64,000 bases of DNA from Bdellovibrionales bacterium (GCA_965243065.1 CBDETO010000005.1:387323-451322), one strand, 5' to 3'; shown: positions 55,094 to 63,866, counted from the stretch's first letter. The notes: generated from the sequence alone by a model not told the origin. Numbers and translations: made by a program.

Positions 55094-56395
55094 ATGAAAC
55101 AAGTATCTATGATTAATATACAAGAAAAGCATAAGAAAGTTTTTTTTATTTGTATAACTTTTATTATGATTGGAGTTTTTATTTCTCTTTTTGTCTTTTT
55201 TATAAAGGCTGTAAAATATAAAAAGCATTATGAAGCCACCCGGACGCATTATCTCATTTTTCCTAACTGGAATAGAATAGTAGAAGAAGATCCTATTGAG
55301 ATTGTGTCTCAGTTTAGGGGTGACGATAAAAAAACAGGAGTGGTGGATGGCAAATGGAATTTAAAAGGTAAAATAGAGCCTCTTTTTGATAAAATCAATG
55401 GTTCTCTTCATGGTGCCAGCAAAGCCACACCGGCTGTAGATGAAACTGGCATATATGTGGGTTCGGATGCGGGTTGGTTTTATAAATTAGATCATAAAGG
55501 AAACATGATATGGAAAACTTATTTAGCTAAGACGGAACAGGGGGTGCACGGGACGGCCCTCCTTAGTAAAAAATACCTTTGGATAGGGGCTTATAATGGG
55601 GTTCTTTATTGTTTGAAAAAACAAACAGGAGAGGTGGTGTGGACCATCCATTTAGGGGGTGCTATTGGATCTTCTCCTTCTTTTTATAAAGGACAGATTA
55701 TTATATCCGTGGAGCTTCTTTTTCCTCATTATATGGGTTATGTGGCTTCTGTTTCTGCCAGGGATGGAAGTCTTAATTGGAAAATGCCTCTGACTTCGGC
55801 GCATATCCATTCTTCGGTGGCTATTCATAAAGAGAAAGGCTATGGAGTAACAGGGGCTAATAATAATAATTTGTTTAAAATAGATCTCAACTCTGGAAAG
55901 ATTTTATGGGCTTTACCAATGAAAGGGGATATTAAAAGCACTCCTCTTATTTACAAAGATCGTATTTATGTTACAAATTGGGGAAATCAGTTTGCCGCCG
56001 TCAGTGAAGCTGGTAAAATACTTTGGTCAACGGACATAAAAAGTGCTTCTCAAAGCTCTCCTACTTTAGTTCCTGATAAAGAGCTTTTTATTTTTGGCAC
56101 TCATAGAAAGGGGCAACTTTTTTCTGTATCCGCTAAAGACGGTGCTATTATTTGGGAAAAGCCAATAGATAATGATAGAGCTATGGCCAGTGGTGTAAGT
56201 TTTTTCTCAAAACGGTATAAAAAATATTTGTTCCTCTTTCCTTGTGAAAAAAAAGCTATCTGTCTTATTGAGCCTTCTAATGGAAATATTTTACAAAAAA
56301 TACATACGGGTTTTTTACTTACGGGCAGCTTTGCTTACTTTAAAAATCGGTTCTATATGGGATTCAATGATGGCGGAATCTCTGTTTTGTACTGA
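55094..56395 (+). CDS. membrane-anchored PQQ-like (BamB-type) beta-propeller repeat protein
   Basis: It has repeated G.lyc.lk..tGe.vW / G.ilW units (GVLYCLKKQTGEVVWT, NLFKIDLNSGKILWA, FAAVSEAGKILWS, LFSVSAKDGAIIWE). Confidence 0.75.
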   Translation: MKQVSMINIQEKHKKVFFICITFIMIGVFISLFVFFIKAVKYKKHYEATRTHYLIFPNWNRIVEEDPIEIVSQFRGDDKKTGVVDGKWNLKGKIEPLFDKINGSLHGASKATPAVDETGIYVGSDAGWFYKLDHKGNMIWKTYLAKTEQGVHGTALLSKKYLWIGAYNGVLYCLKKQTGEVVWTIHLGGAIGSSPSFYKGQIIISVELLFPHYMGYVASVSARDGSLNWKMPLTSAHIHSSVAIHKEKGYGVTGANNNNLFKIDLNSGKILWALPMKGDIKSTPLIYKDRIYVTNWGNQFAAVSEAGKILWSTDIKSASQSSPTLVPDKELFIFGTHRKGQLFSVSAKDGAIIWEKPIDNDRAMASGVSFFSKRYKKYLFLFPCEKKAICLIEPSNGNILQKIHTGFLLTGSFAYFKNRFYMGFNDGGISVLY

Positions 56396-56429
56396 TAAAA
56401 GGATGGATTCTGTTTGTTTTAGATGTCAT

Positions 56430-56477
56430 CTTCAGGAGAGAGTAAGGTCAAGAGGCTCAGACATGTGTTTTGCCACA
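56430..56477. repeat. PAL half-copy (left arm only)
   Basis: CTTCAGGAGAGAGTAAGGTCAAGAGGCTCAGACATGTGTTTTGCCACA, then unrelated sequence. Confidence 0.7.
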
Positions 56478-56697
56478 AGATAGATGTCTGTTTTTCAAGA
56501 ATAAGATCAAAAACAAGATTTAAAAAATTTGACATTTTTATTCAAACAGCTCATAAAGATTATATATCACGCTTATCTAAAATGGCAAACTGAGACCTGC
56601 GGGTCTTTGGGTCTCTTTGCTGCTTTTTTTATGAAACTTGCGTTTTTATATTGATGAACTTAATTTTTATTTATGATAAATAATCAAAGAGGAAGTT

Positions 56698-56904
56698 ATG
56701 AGACAAATTATCATTAAACCAGGAGAGGATGGGTTTTGGCTTGCCGAATGCCCTAGTTTACCTGGTTGCATTAGCCAAGGACAGTCCAAAAAAGAAGCTA
56801 TAAAAAATATTCAAGAAGCTGTTCAAGGATATATTGAAGTTTTACAACAAGATGGAGAGCCTATACCTGAAGATAATATGGAATCTGTCATTGTAGCAAT
56901 ATGA
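56698..56904 (+). CDS. hicB: HicB-family antitoxin (UPF0150)
   Basis: 68 aa. GEDGFWLAECPSLPGCISQGQSKKEAIKNIQEAVQGYIE is typical of HicB. Confidence 0.8.
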   Translation: MRQIIIKPGEDGFWLAECPSLPGCISQGQSKKEAIKNIQEAVQGYIEVLQQDGEPIPEDNMESVIVAI

Positions 56905-56972
56905 GCAAACTCCCGATCCTTTCTGGTAAAGAATGTATTCAGATACTTAAAAAACATGGAATTGCCATCTAA
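56901..56972 (+). pseudogene. hicA: truncated hicA toxin gene (first 23 codons only)
   Basis: It has an ATGA overlap with hicB. MSKLPILSGKECIQILKKHGIAI* matches a HicA N-terminus but stops before the GSH core. Confidence 0.6.
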
Positions 56973-57358
56973 ACATTTTTATCAAAGCCACCAGAGCACT
57001 GGATTCTGTAACTCCATCTTTTGTTTCAATTTGATACAAATAAGAATCTTTTTTAGAGAAAGATTTACCTTTATTTGTCCCTTTGGTATTTTCTATTTTC
57101 ATTAAAGATTAAAAGAACTTACTTATATATCTTGTTTTTAAAAATGAGGGTAGCTCAGCCTATTGAGCTTCATAAACTAAATATGGACTAAATATTTTAT
57201 TTGTTAATTAATTTTTTTATGATAGCCTTAATTATAGGGTCATGCTTTTTAAGGGTTTTCTTGTTTTAATGATGATGGGCTTTTGTGTATCTTTTTGGGG
57301 GCCAAGGACACTTTTCAGTGGAAAAGAGGAGTCAAAAAATTTAGATTGCTATAGATCT

Positions 57359-57421
57359 GTCATTCCTGCGGAAGATTGTCATTCCCGCGAAAGATTGTCA
57401 TTCCCGCGAAAGCGGGAATCC
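57359..57421. repeat. hairpin repeat with triplicated left arm
   Basis: GTCATTCCTGCGGAAGAT-TGTCATTCCCGCGAAAGAT-TGTCATTCCCGCGAAAGCGGGAATCC (19-bp period). Confidence 0.8.
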
Positions 57422-57526
57422 AGATCTGCTAAACTGAAAGCCCCTAGCTTATTCATCTCAAAAAATGGGAAAAATTTTTATAAAATAGAGTTGACAAGGA
57501 TGTTTAAAATATGAATATTGTTTTTA

Positions 57527-57642
57527 ACATACATACATACATACATACATACATACATACATACATACATACATACATACATACATACATACATACATAC
57601 ATACATACATACATACATACATACATACATACATACATACAT
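57527..57642. repeat. tetranucleotide microsatellite (ACAT)29
   Basis: There are 29 uninterrupted ACAT units, counted directly. The location is intergenic and repeat-rich. Confidence 0.95.
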
Positions 57643-57686
57643 AAAGTATATTCATTTCTTTTTCTCCCGTTTTTTTCAACATGTCC

Positions 57687-57842
57687 TTTTCAAGAGAAAA
57701 GAAGAGTCAAAAACTCAGACATGCGTTTTGCCACAAATATGTCATTCCCGCGAAAGCGGGAATCTAGTTGCTCTTGTGCTCAAGCTTGTCCCCGTGAAAA
57801 CGGGGATCCGACTCGCTTTTTCCTCTTATTCTCTTCTGAAAA
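57687..57842. repeat. PAL repeat carrying two nested hairpin insertions
   Basis: ...CTCAGACATGCGTTTTGCCACA[AATATGTCATTCCCGCGAAAGCGGGAATCTAG]TTGCTCTTGTGCTCAAG[CTTGTCCCCGTGAAAACGGGGAT]CCGACTCG... Confidence 0.8.
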
Positions 57843-58298
57843 GATGTTGTTTTCTATATACGATCGTCAGGCAGAGTACTGTGGCTTTATACCGAACTGG
57901 TATGGCTGTGGAAACCTATCTTTTCAACAGAGTTGATATAGTGAAGAAGCTCTGTTTCCATTTTTTATGTCATTTCACAAAACAAATTATACTTATCCGG
58001 TACGGGATTCCTGTTCTTTGTTTTTACGAGGACAAGCTTCACGGGAAGGACAAACATTTACAGGAATATTGTCATTTCTACAAAGTATGTCATGCCCGCG
58101 GAAGCGGGCATCTCATAAGCTACGGCTTTGTCACCTCCGCGAAAGCGAGGGTCTCATAGCTACGAGGAATAATGATCTATGAGTAAAAATATGTTCTTCA
58201 GGAAAACAGTGTTACCTTACTGGATTCCCGCTTTCGCGGGAATGACAGTGCTTTTACGGGAATGACAGTGCTGGCGCAGGCAATGACAGATGGATAAG

Positions 58299-58418
58299 CT
58301 TTTCAGGAGAGAAGTAGGGGGCAAAAGCGAGTTCGGATTTGATACAGAGCAACCGAAGGTTGCTTCTGTGGCAAACCGCATGTCTGAGACTTTTGACTCC
58401 TACTTCTCTCCTGAAGAA
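58299..58418. repeat. PAL palindromic repeat (inverted orientation)
   Basis: CTTTTCAGGAGAGAAGTAGGGGGCAAAAGCGAGTTCGGATTTGATACAGAGCAACCGAAGGTTGCTTCTGTGGCAAACCGCATGTCTGAG...CTCCTGAAGAA. Confidence 0.85.
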
Positions 58419-58534
58419 CAAGAGCGACTGGATTCCCGCTTTCGCGGGAATGACAGGGGAAGAGGAAAGGAATGCAATTAAACCAGGAAGTAATTTAGTT
58501 AAGGGATGTAAGTAATAAATTAACTAAAAAAGGG

Positions 58535-58632
58535 TATTAAACTGATCGTGTTTGAAAATTTCAGATTTAGAAGCTTGGTTAACAAGGGGAAAAAATCCTG
58601 AAAGGTACGAAAAAATAATACCCTTTGGGTAT
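58535..58632. repeat. family-C repeat upstream of the 545-aa gene
   Basis: TATTAAACTGATCGTGTTTGAAAATTTCAG...GGTACGAAAAAATAATACCCTTTGGGTAT. Confidence 0.75.
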
Positions 58633-58657
58633 TAAACAAAAACAAGGAGGATGTTAA

Positions 58658-60295
58658 GTGTCTATATACAAGAATGTAAGAAAGTTTTTGGTCAAAATAT
58701 TTAATAAAAACCAGGGTTCTGCGGCCATTATTTTATCTTTGATGGTTTCAGCAGGGGTGCTCAGCACCATTTACTTTACTCAAAAAATGACAGGGGGTTT
58801 TTTATCTGAGCATTCGCAGTCTATAGAGGAATGGGAAAAGCATTTGGTAACGGAGTCGGCTCAAACCCTGGCGGCTTACCTGGTGGCCAATAATCTTATT
58901 CTTTGTCGTCAAGATGGTTGGACGGGCAAGCAATCTAATTGTAAGTGGACTCTGGCCCCTAAGACAGAGAGTCCTGCTGATTTTCATTTATCGGATGAAG
59001 GGGACTCAGCAGAGGGGCTTTCTTATAAAGGTAAATACACTTTGGATGATGTGGAGAAGGAATATAAAGTGACTTTTCAGTTGGTGGATTGGCGGAGCAC
59101 CTCTATAGAGAATTTGATTGGTGATGTGCCGGAGGCGGTTTGCAGAGATAAGAACACTTTGGAAGTGATTAGTGATGCGTCCTGTTTAAAGTATGAGGAT
59201 TCTACTGACCCAACCAATCAGCTTTGCGAAAGAGGGGGAGCGGATGTTCCCGATACGCTTTGTGAATATATAAGACGAGTGGATGGGGACTACTGGATTG
59301 TTTTGGCCAAAGTGGAGGTGGATTATAAAGACCCTGTCTCCAATAAGGATTTAAAGCATATAGCTTTATCGGGTATTAGAAGACCTTTAAGTTCTGTTAA
59401 ATTCGGCCCGGTTGTTACAGGCCGGAAATGCTCCTTAAGCTGTAAAGTGGGAACAGTGGTTAATCCTTTTCCGGGTTGTCGGGGTTCGACAGATATACCT
59501 ACTGAGGCAGGAAAATATACAGGAAAAGCTTCCAATATTATATCTATTAAGAACAATGGTCCGGGAGCTATTTATTCTCTTTCTTTATTGAGGGAGTCTG
59601 TTGGATTGACGGGAATTCAAGATTCTTACGAGGAAGATGTGACATCGGATATAGTTAAAGAAGCCAAATCCACAGAGCAGGTGTTTTTGCCTAATGAAAC
59701 CATAACATTTGAGTATTTTTATGATTGCCCTGTAGAAGTAAGAAGATCCACTGTATATAAGACCGGGAACCAGGATCGTGTGGAGGTCACCAGTAGCACT
59801 AAAGATATTCCTTTTGAGAGTTTTTTTTATTCACTTAGTTTTAGTGCCAGTAATCCAGTAGGGGTTTGTTACAAAAATGGTGCTTCTCTTGATTTGCCAG
59901 ATAAAACACATAAAGATGTGGAGTTTGTAACGATGAGGCTTCCTCGTCTGGCTTCGGCTTCTTCTGCTTGTACTTTAGGGGCTACGGCTTGTGGAGCAGG
60001 GGGGACTTGCCAATTTGCGAGCTTAGAGCCGGCCAGAACTTTTATAATACCAGTAAAATTAGCTGTTACCCACGATAAGTTGATAAAAGAAGTTGTGACT
60101 ACCGTTTATAGTAGTGCAATACAGCGATCAGTGAATGATTCTGACGGAGCTGACGGAGGAGACGGAGGTGGTGGAGTTAGTGGAGGTCAAGGAAGTCCAC
60201 CAGGTGGTGGACCTAGTTGTTGTCCACCAGGAGGTTTAGGAGGCCCCTCTGATAATGGTACAAGTGGTCCTAGTGGTGCGCCTGCCAGTCTATAA
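58658..60295 (+). CDS. large secreted Cys-rich protein with PilX_N/TadG-like N-terminal hydrophobic helix and Gly/Pro-rich C-terminus
   Basis: AAGGAGG lies 7 nt before GTG. ...NKNQG-SAAIILSLMVSAGVLSTIYF is followed by ~500 aa of globular sequence with many Cys, ending GGDGGGGVSGGQGSPPGGGPSCCPPGG... Confidence 0.55.
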   Translation: MSIYKNVRKFLVKIFNKNQGSAAIILSLMVSAGVLSTIYFTQKMTGGFLSEHSQSIEEWEKHLVTESAQTLAAYLVANNLILCRQDGWTGKQSNCKWTLAPKTESPADFHLSDEGDSAEGLSYKGKYTLDDVEKEYKVTFQLVDWRSTSIENLIGDVPEAVCRDKNTLEVISDASCLKYEDSTDPTNQLCERGGADVPDTLCEYIRRVDGDYWIVLAKVEVDYKDPVSNKDLKHIALSGIRRPLSSVKFGPVVTGRKCSLSCKVGTVVNPFPGCRGSTDIPTEAGKYTGKASNIISIKNNGPGAIYSLSLLRESVGLTGIQDSYEEDVTSDIVKEAKSTEQVFLPNETITFEYFYDCPVEVRRSTVYKTGNQDRVEVTSSTKDIPFESFFYSLSFSASNPVGVCYKNGASLDLPDKTHKDVEFVTMRLPRLASASSACTLGATACGAGGTCQFASLEPARTFIIPVKLAVTHDKLIKEVVTTVYSSAIQRSVNDSDGADGGDGGGGVSGGQGSPPGGGPSCCPPGGLGGPSDNGTSGPSGAPASL

Positions 60296-60392
60296 CTGAA
60301 TCTTTGATAAAGGAAAATTGATTTTGAACCAAAATATTTTTTGCAAGTTTCAAGTTAAAAATAATTTGAAAAAAAGAACAAAAAATCAAGAT

Positions 60393-63300
60393 ATGCCGAC
60401 CCGGTATAGAAAGAAGGAGGATCTTCAAAACTTCTCATTTCCTTTTGGAAAAAACAAAGAGACGATTGGAAAAATCAAACTTTGGTATAACAATTTAAGT
60501 GGAATATTTTTTATAAACAATAGGGGTTCTTTTGTTGTCTCCCAGCTTGTGGCAGCCTTTATAATGGGTATTAGTGCTGTGGCCTTGCTGGCCTATATGC
60601 AAGGTCAGTCCAGACAGACCCATGAAGTCGAGCAAGAACAAGACCTATCTTTTAATATTCACTCCAATATTATATCCGATTTGCGTGCCCTATTGGTAGA
60701 GGCCAATATAGATAACACCGGGGAGAAGCAAGCCCAGAATAAAGAAGGTATTTGTTCTTTTTTAGAGCCACCCACTAAAAGTGCAGGTGTGGAACTCATC
60801 CAACTTAACATAGGTTCTAATTTAAGTTCGGAGGCTAAGAGTAGTTTTTCAGAAAGCCGATGGGAGGCTTTTTTTGACAAGAGTGAGTATGAGTTATCTT
60901 CCGATGTAAAACCTTGTGAGGCTATGGATCCTGATTTTACGGATAGTCTGTTTAGCCGCTGTTTTAAGTATATAGGTAAGCAAAACGAGACAGCGAATGA
61001 AGCCTATGTGATAGCCCGTATTATACCGAAGAAATTTCCAGAGCAAACCGATATTGATTTAAGCCAGTCTAACACTTTAGATGCAAAGGCAGTGCTGTTT
61101 GAGCTTCAGTCCTTGGTATCTGTTTTTAAAGGGGATGATTATGATGAGAAGGGCCTTTATGTGAGCAAGCAGTATAGCCTGATATGGGCTAATGCCGTGT
61201 CGGAGTGTCATGTTAAGTCTATTAATGATAGGAGTGTGGCGGTTCAGTTTTCGGGGGCTGGTCCGGGAAGGATCAGTCGCTATACTGTTATTAATACTAT
61301 AGATTTTGAGGCTAAACCAGGATGTAATGAGCTTGAGTTTCAGGAGATTACTCCCGATACATTGATGTCTTATAGTGTTGATAGTGTCGGCAATATAGGA
61401 GCAGATGCAATGCGGGCGAGGACCGCCTGTAGAAGAAATGTGTTTCGCTGTAAAGGAGAGAGCAGTGATAGTTCGGAAGATTATGAGCCTGTGATTTTTA
61501 CTATGGGGCTTTCTAATGACAGTGGAGAGTGGTTTGATCTTAAGAAAGTAGGGCTTACTTTTAAGGATGAAAATAATGCAGAGCTGGCCTCCGGCAGTCC
61601 GGGAAAGCTGACCGCAGAGGTGTATGACGGGGTTAGAGATTTTAATGCTAATGAAGCTCTTACAGATGTGCCCCTTAATGCCGATCACGCTGTTTATAAA
61701 TTTACTTTAAAAGATAAAAGCGATGGGGATAACTCTTTAAAGGGTTTTTGTGATGATATATGTGACACAAATAAAAAGGTATTTCCTTCTATTACCTTAG
61801 ATTTAGATAAAAGCCCAGGGGTAGCTTGTACTTCTTACTCCAGTAAATATGAGGAGGATGAGAAAAACCGTTTTCGCTGTATAGCTTGCCATTCTAAGAT
61901 GTGTGCTAAGTATGGGTTGGGAGCTTTTGGTCCTATTAAAGATGAGTTGGATGATAAGGGTAATTTAGTGTCGCAGGGGTTGGTGGATGAGCCTTTGGAC
62001 GGTACCATACCGGAATGCGCTTTACCTAAAAATAACAGCGGGGGTAAGTATGATTTACCAGACTTTAAAAGTAGTAGCTCTGTGGGTGGTTCTGGGGATT
62101 GTGTAGCGATAAAACTTCCTAGTATAGATTCTTTTAAAAGCTTTGATAGTGCTCAGTATGAGTTTAAAAACTGTAGTAATAATCTTCCGGTTTTATGTTT
62201 TGGTTATGGTCATTATTTACCGGCCATTAAACTTTCTTCTCCTACTTCTAAACCCACTATATTTACCGGCAGTTTTGATAAGGCTAAGGAAGCTTGTTAT
62301 AAAATGGGAAGAGAAATAATAAAGAAAACGGAATTAGGGAGCTATTTTAACTTTTGGGTTCCAGGCCTTAATTTAACAGACGCCAGAGTGGGTGAGTTTT
62401 TGGAATTTGATCTTTCCTCATCTTTTTCCGGAGATACCAGTTACTTTGACTATGTTAATAATGCAAATCGGGGGATATTTATAGCCCCTTCTTATAAAAT
62501 AGAAGAAATATCAAAACCTTTAAAAGAAGGTTATTTAAAAGAGTTTAAGAATGGGGGATACACCTCTGCCTGGGTGGCGATGAGAAAAGACGGAGGAGGC
62601 CAGGTCATAGGCTCTATTCCTTGGGCGGAGGTAGCCACCTCCGATGCGGCTATTTTTAAAAGAGAGGCACATCCTGGTCATCCCTTTCACCCTGTATTTT
62701 TAAAAAATACATATACTGTGCCCTCTTCCGGCACAGACACTATCTTAACTCACAATATTCAGTACAAAGGGGTGTATAATTTACCAGGTGGCAGTGGTAT
62801 CACAGGAAAAGCCCTTTGCCGAAAAGGCCCTGGAGACTTTGTTTTAAGCAGCAGTGCTGTTTCTGTAAAACAAGCTCCTGGAGCTTGTACTGCGAGGGGA
62901 GCTAAATTCCTTCCTCCTTTAAGTTCTTTGGAATGGGTTAAGGCCATGACCCTTATAAATGAGAACCATGAAGATTATCCTTTTCCTGACCCGGGAGAGG
63001 ATTTTTCGAACGATCATAGTTTTTTTGTTTCTGTAAATATTCCGGCCACGGGGGCTTGGGTGGCCTTAAGCAAGTCAACAGGAAAGGATGGTAAAAATAC
63101 AGAGAACTGGCGATTAAGTGACGCTTATTTTCCAGATGCAAAGTCTCTTTTTAATGCGGACAATGTAGATGAGCCTATGCCAGATAAAGGTTCCGACTAT
63201 ATCGGTGTAGTGGATTATGAAGGGACCCCTGTTGTGCCGACCAATTTAACCATAAGTAATGTCCGTGATCGTAGTTTTATTAACACTTATAAGAAGATCT

Positions 63301-63866
63301 GTTATGAGGCGCATGATAATGATCAGGTCAGCCTTAAGCCCCCGGCAGGGGTGAATGGTGCTTGTGGAAGTGGAGTAGATGCGACAGATCAAGGATTTAT
63401 AGATAAGAGGCGTAAGAGTGTGAAGTTTATGACGGAGTGGGTGGAGGAGCACACCTCTGGGGAGTTTGTGATAAACATGCAGGCAATAGATGAGTTACAG
63501 CAGCGAGCAGAGCATTTATACTGTGAGAAAGTGGGAGATGAGGATTGTGTAGCTTGTGAGGCAGATTGTGATGCGAAGGCGGCCCAATGTGTAGATGCCT
63601 GTCCTGAGGATTGTTGTACCACGAGCAACAGTTGCACAGTGCCAGGTGACCTTAGCAGTTGCACATCCACAACAACCTGTTCTAAGTGTCCGGCCTGTTT
63701 GAATGAGTGTGAAACAAAGAAGAATGAGTGTAAGAATGAGTGTCGAAAATGTGGTGGCACGGTTTATCCGAGTTGTGATGATGAGGGTTTTTGTGAATGT
63801 AAGTGGCCCCCCCTTAATTCTGAAACTTGGACCCCTTCTATCTTACCAGATGGGGCTCCTTTATAA
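60393..63866 (+). CDS. very large secreted Cys-rich protein (putative pilus-associated adhesin), degenerate pilin-like N-terminus
   Basis: 1157 aa from ATG 60393 (the track TTG at 60318 is also possible). ...NNRG-SFVVSQLVAAFIMGISAVALLAYM is followed by two weak C-type-lectin-like stretches (…SAWVAMRKDG…, …GAWVALSKSTG…). The last ~95 aa contain 20 Cys. Confidence 0.55.
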   Translation: MPTRYRKKEDLQNFSFPFGKNKETIGKIKLWYNNLSGIFFINNRGSFVVSQLVAAFIMGISAVALLAYMQGQSRQTHEVEQEQDLSFNIHSNIISDLRALLVEANIDNTGEKQAQNKEGICSFLEPPTKSAGVELIQLNIGSNLSSEAKSSFSESRWEAFFDKSEYELSSDVKPCEAMDPDFTDSLFSRCFKYIGKQNETANEAYVIARIIPKKFPEQTDIDLSQSNTLDAKAVLFELQSLVSVFKGDDYDEKGLYVSKQYSLIWANAVSECHVKSINDRSVAVQFSGAGPGRISRYTVINTIDFEAKPGCNELEFQEITPDTLMSYSVDSVGNIGADAMRARTACRRNVFRCKGESSDSSEDYEPVIFTMGLSNDSGEWFDLKKVGLTFKDENNAELASGSPGKLTAEVYDGVRDFNANEALTDVPLNADHAVYKFTLKDKSDGDNSLKGFCDDICDTNKKVFPSITLDLDKSPGVACTSYSSKYEEDEKNRFRCIACHSKMCAKYGLGAFGPIKDELDDKGNLVSQGLVDEPLDGTIPECALPKNNSGGKYDLPDFKSSSSVGGSGDCVAIKLPSIDSFKSFDSAQYEFKNCSNNLPVLCFGYGHYLPAIKLSSPTSKPTIFTGSFDKAKEACYKMGREIIKKTELGSYFNFWVPGLNLTDARVGEFLEFDLSSSFSGDTSYFDYVNNANRGIFIAPSYKIEEISKPLKEGYLKEFKNGGYTSAWVAMRKDGGGQVIGSIPWAEVATSDAAIFKREAHPGHPFHPVFLKNTYTVPSSGTDTILTHNIQYKGVYNLPGGSGITGKALCRKGPGDFVLSSSAVSVKQAPGACTARGAKFLPPLSSLEWVKAMTLINENHEDYPFPDPGEDFSNDHSFFVSVNIPATGAWVALSKSTGKDGKNTENWRLSDAYFPDAKSLFNADNVDEPMPDKGSDYIGVVDYEGTPVVPTNLTISNVRDRSFINTYKKICYEAHDNDQVSLKPPAGVNGACGSGVDATDQGFIDKRRKSVKFMTEWVEEHTSGEFVINMQAIDELQQRAEHLYCEKVGDEDCVACEADCDAKAAQCVDACPEDCCTTSNSCTVPGDLSSCTSTTTCSKCPACLNECETKKNECKNECRKCGGTVYPSCDDEGFCECKWPPLNSETWTPSILPDGAPL

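Noticed and set aside
57146-57200. tRNA-like fragment: GAGGGTAGCTCAGCCTATTGAGC (D-arm-like) followed by a 5-bp stem around a loop AACTAAA (CUA anticodon position)
   Set aside because: It has no complementary acceptor 3' strand, no T-arm or TTC loop, no GG in the D-loop, and A instead of U at position 33. At most it is a decayed fragment or a chance resemblance.
57511-58159. ORFs 57511-57936 and 57518-58159, which read through the microsatellite as (HTYI)n / (IHTY)n
   Set aside because: Their sequence is the ACAT tract followed by PAL and hairpin repeats. They have no RBS and a repeat-derived composition, so they are artefacts of the ORF finder.
60393-63866. Diversity-generating retroelement target idea, prompted by C-type-lectin-like stretches in the 1157-aa protein
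   Set aside because: There is no reverse transcriptase in the window, I found no template/variable repeat pair, and the lectin-like resemblance itself is weak.
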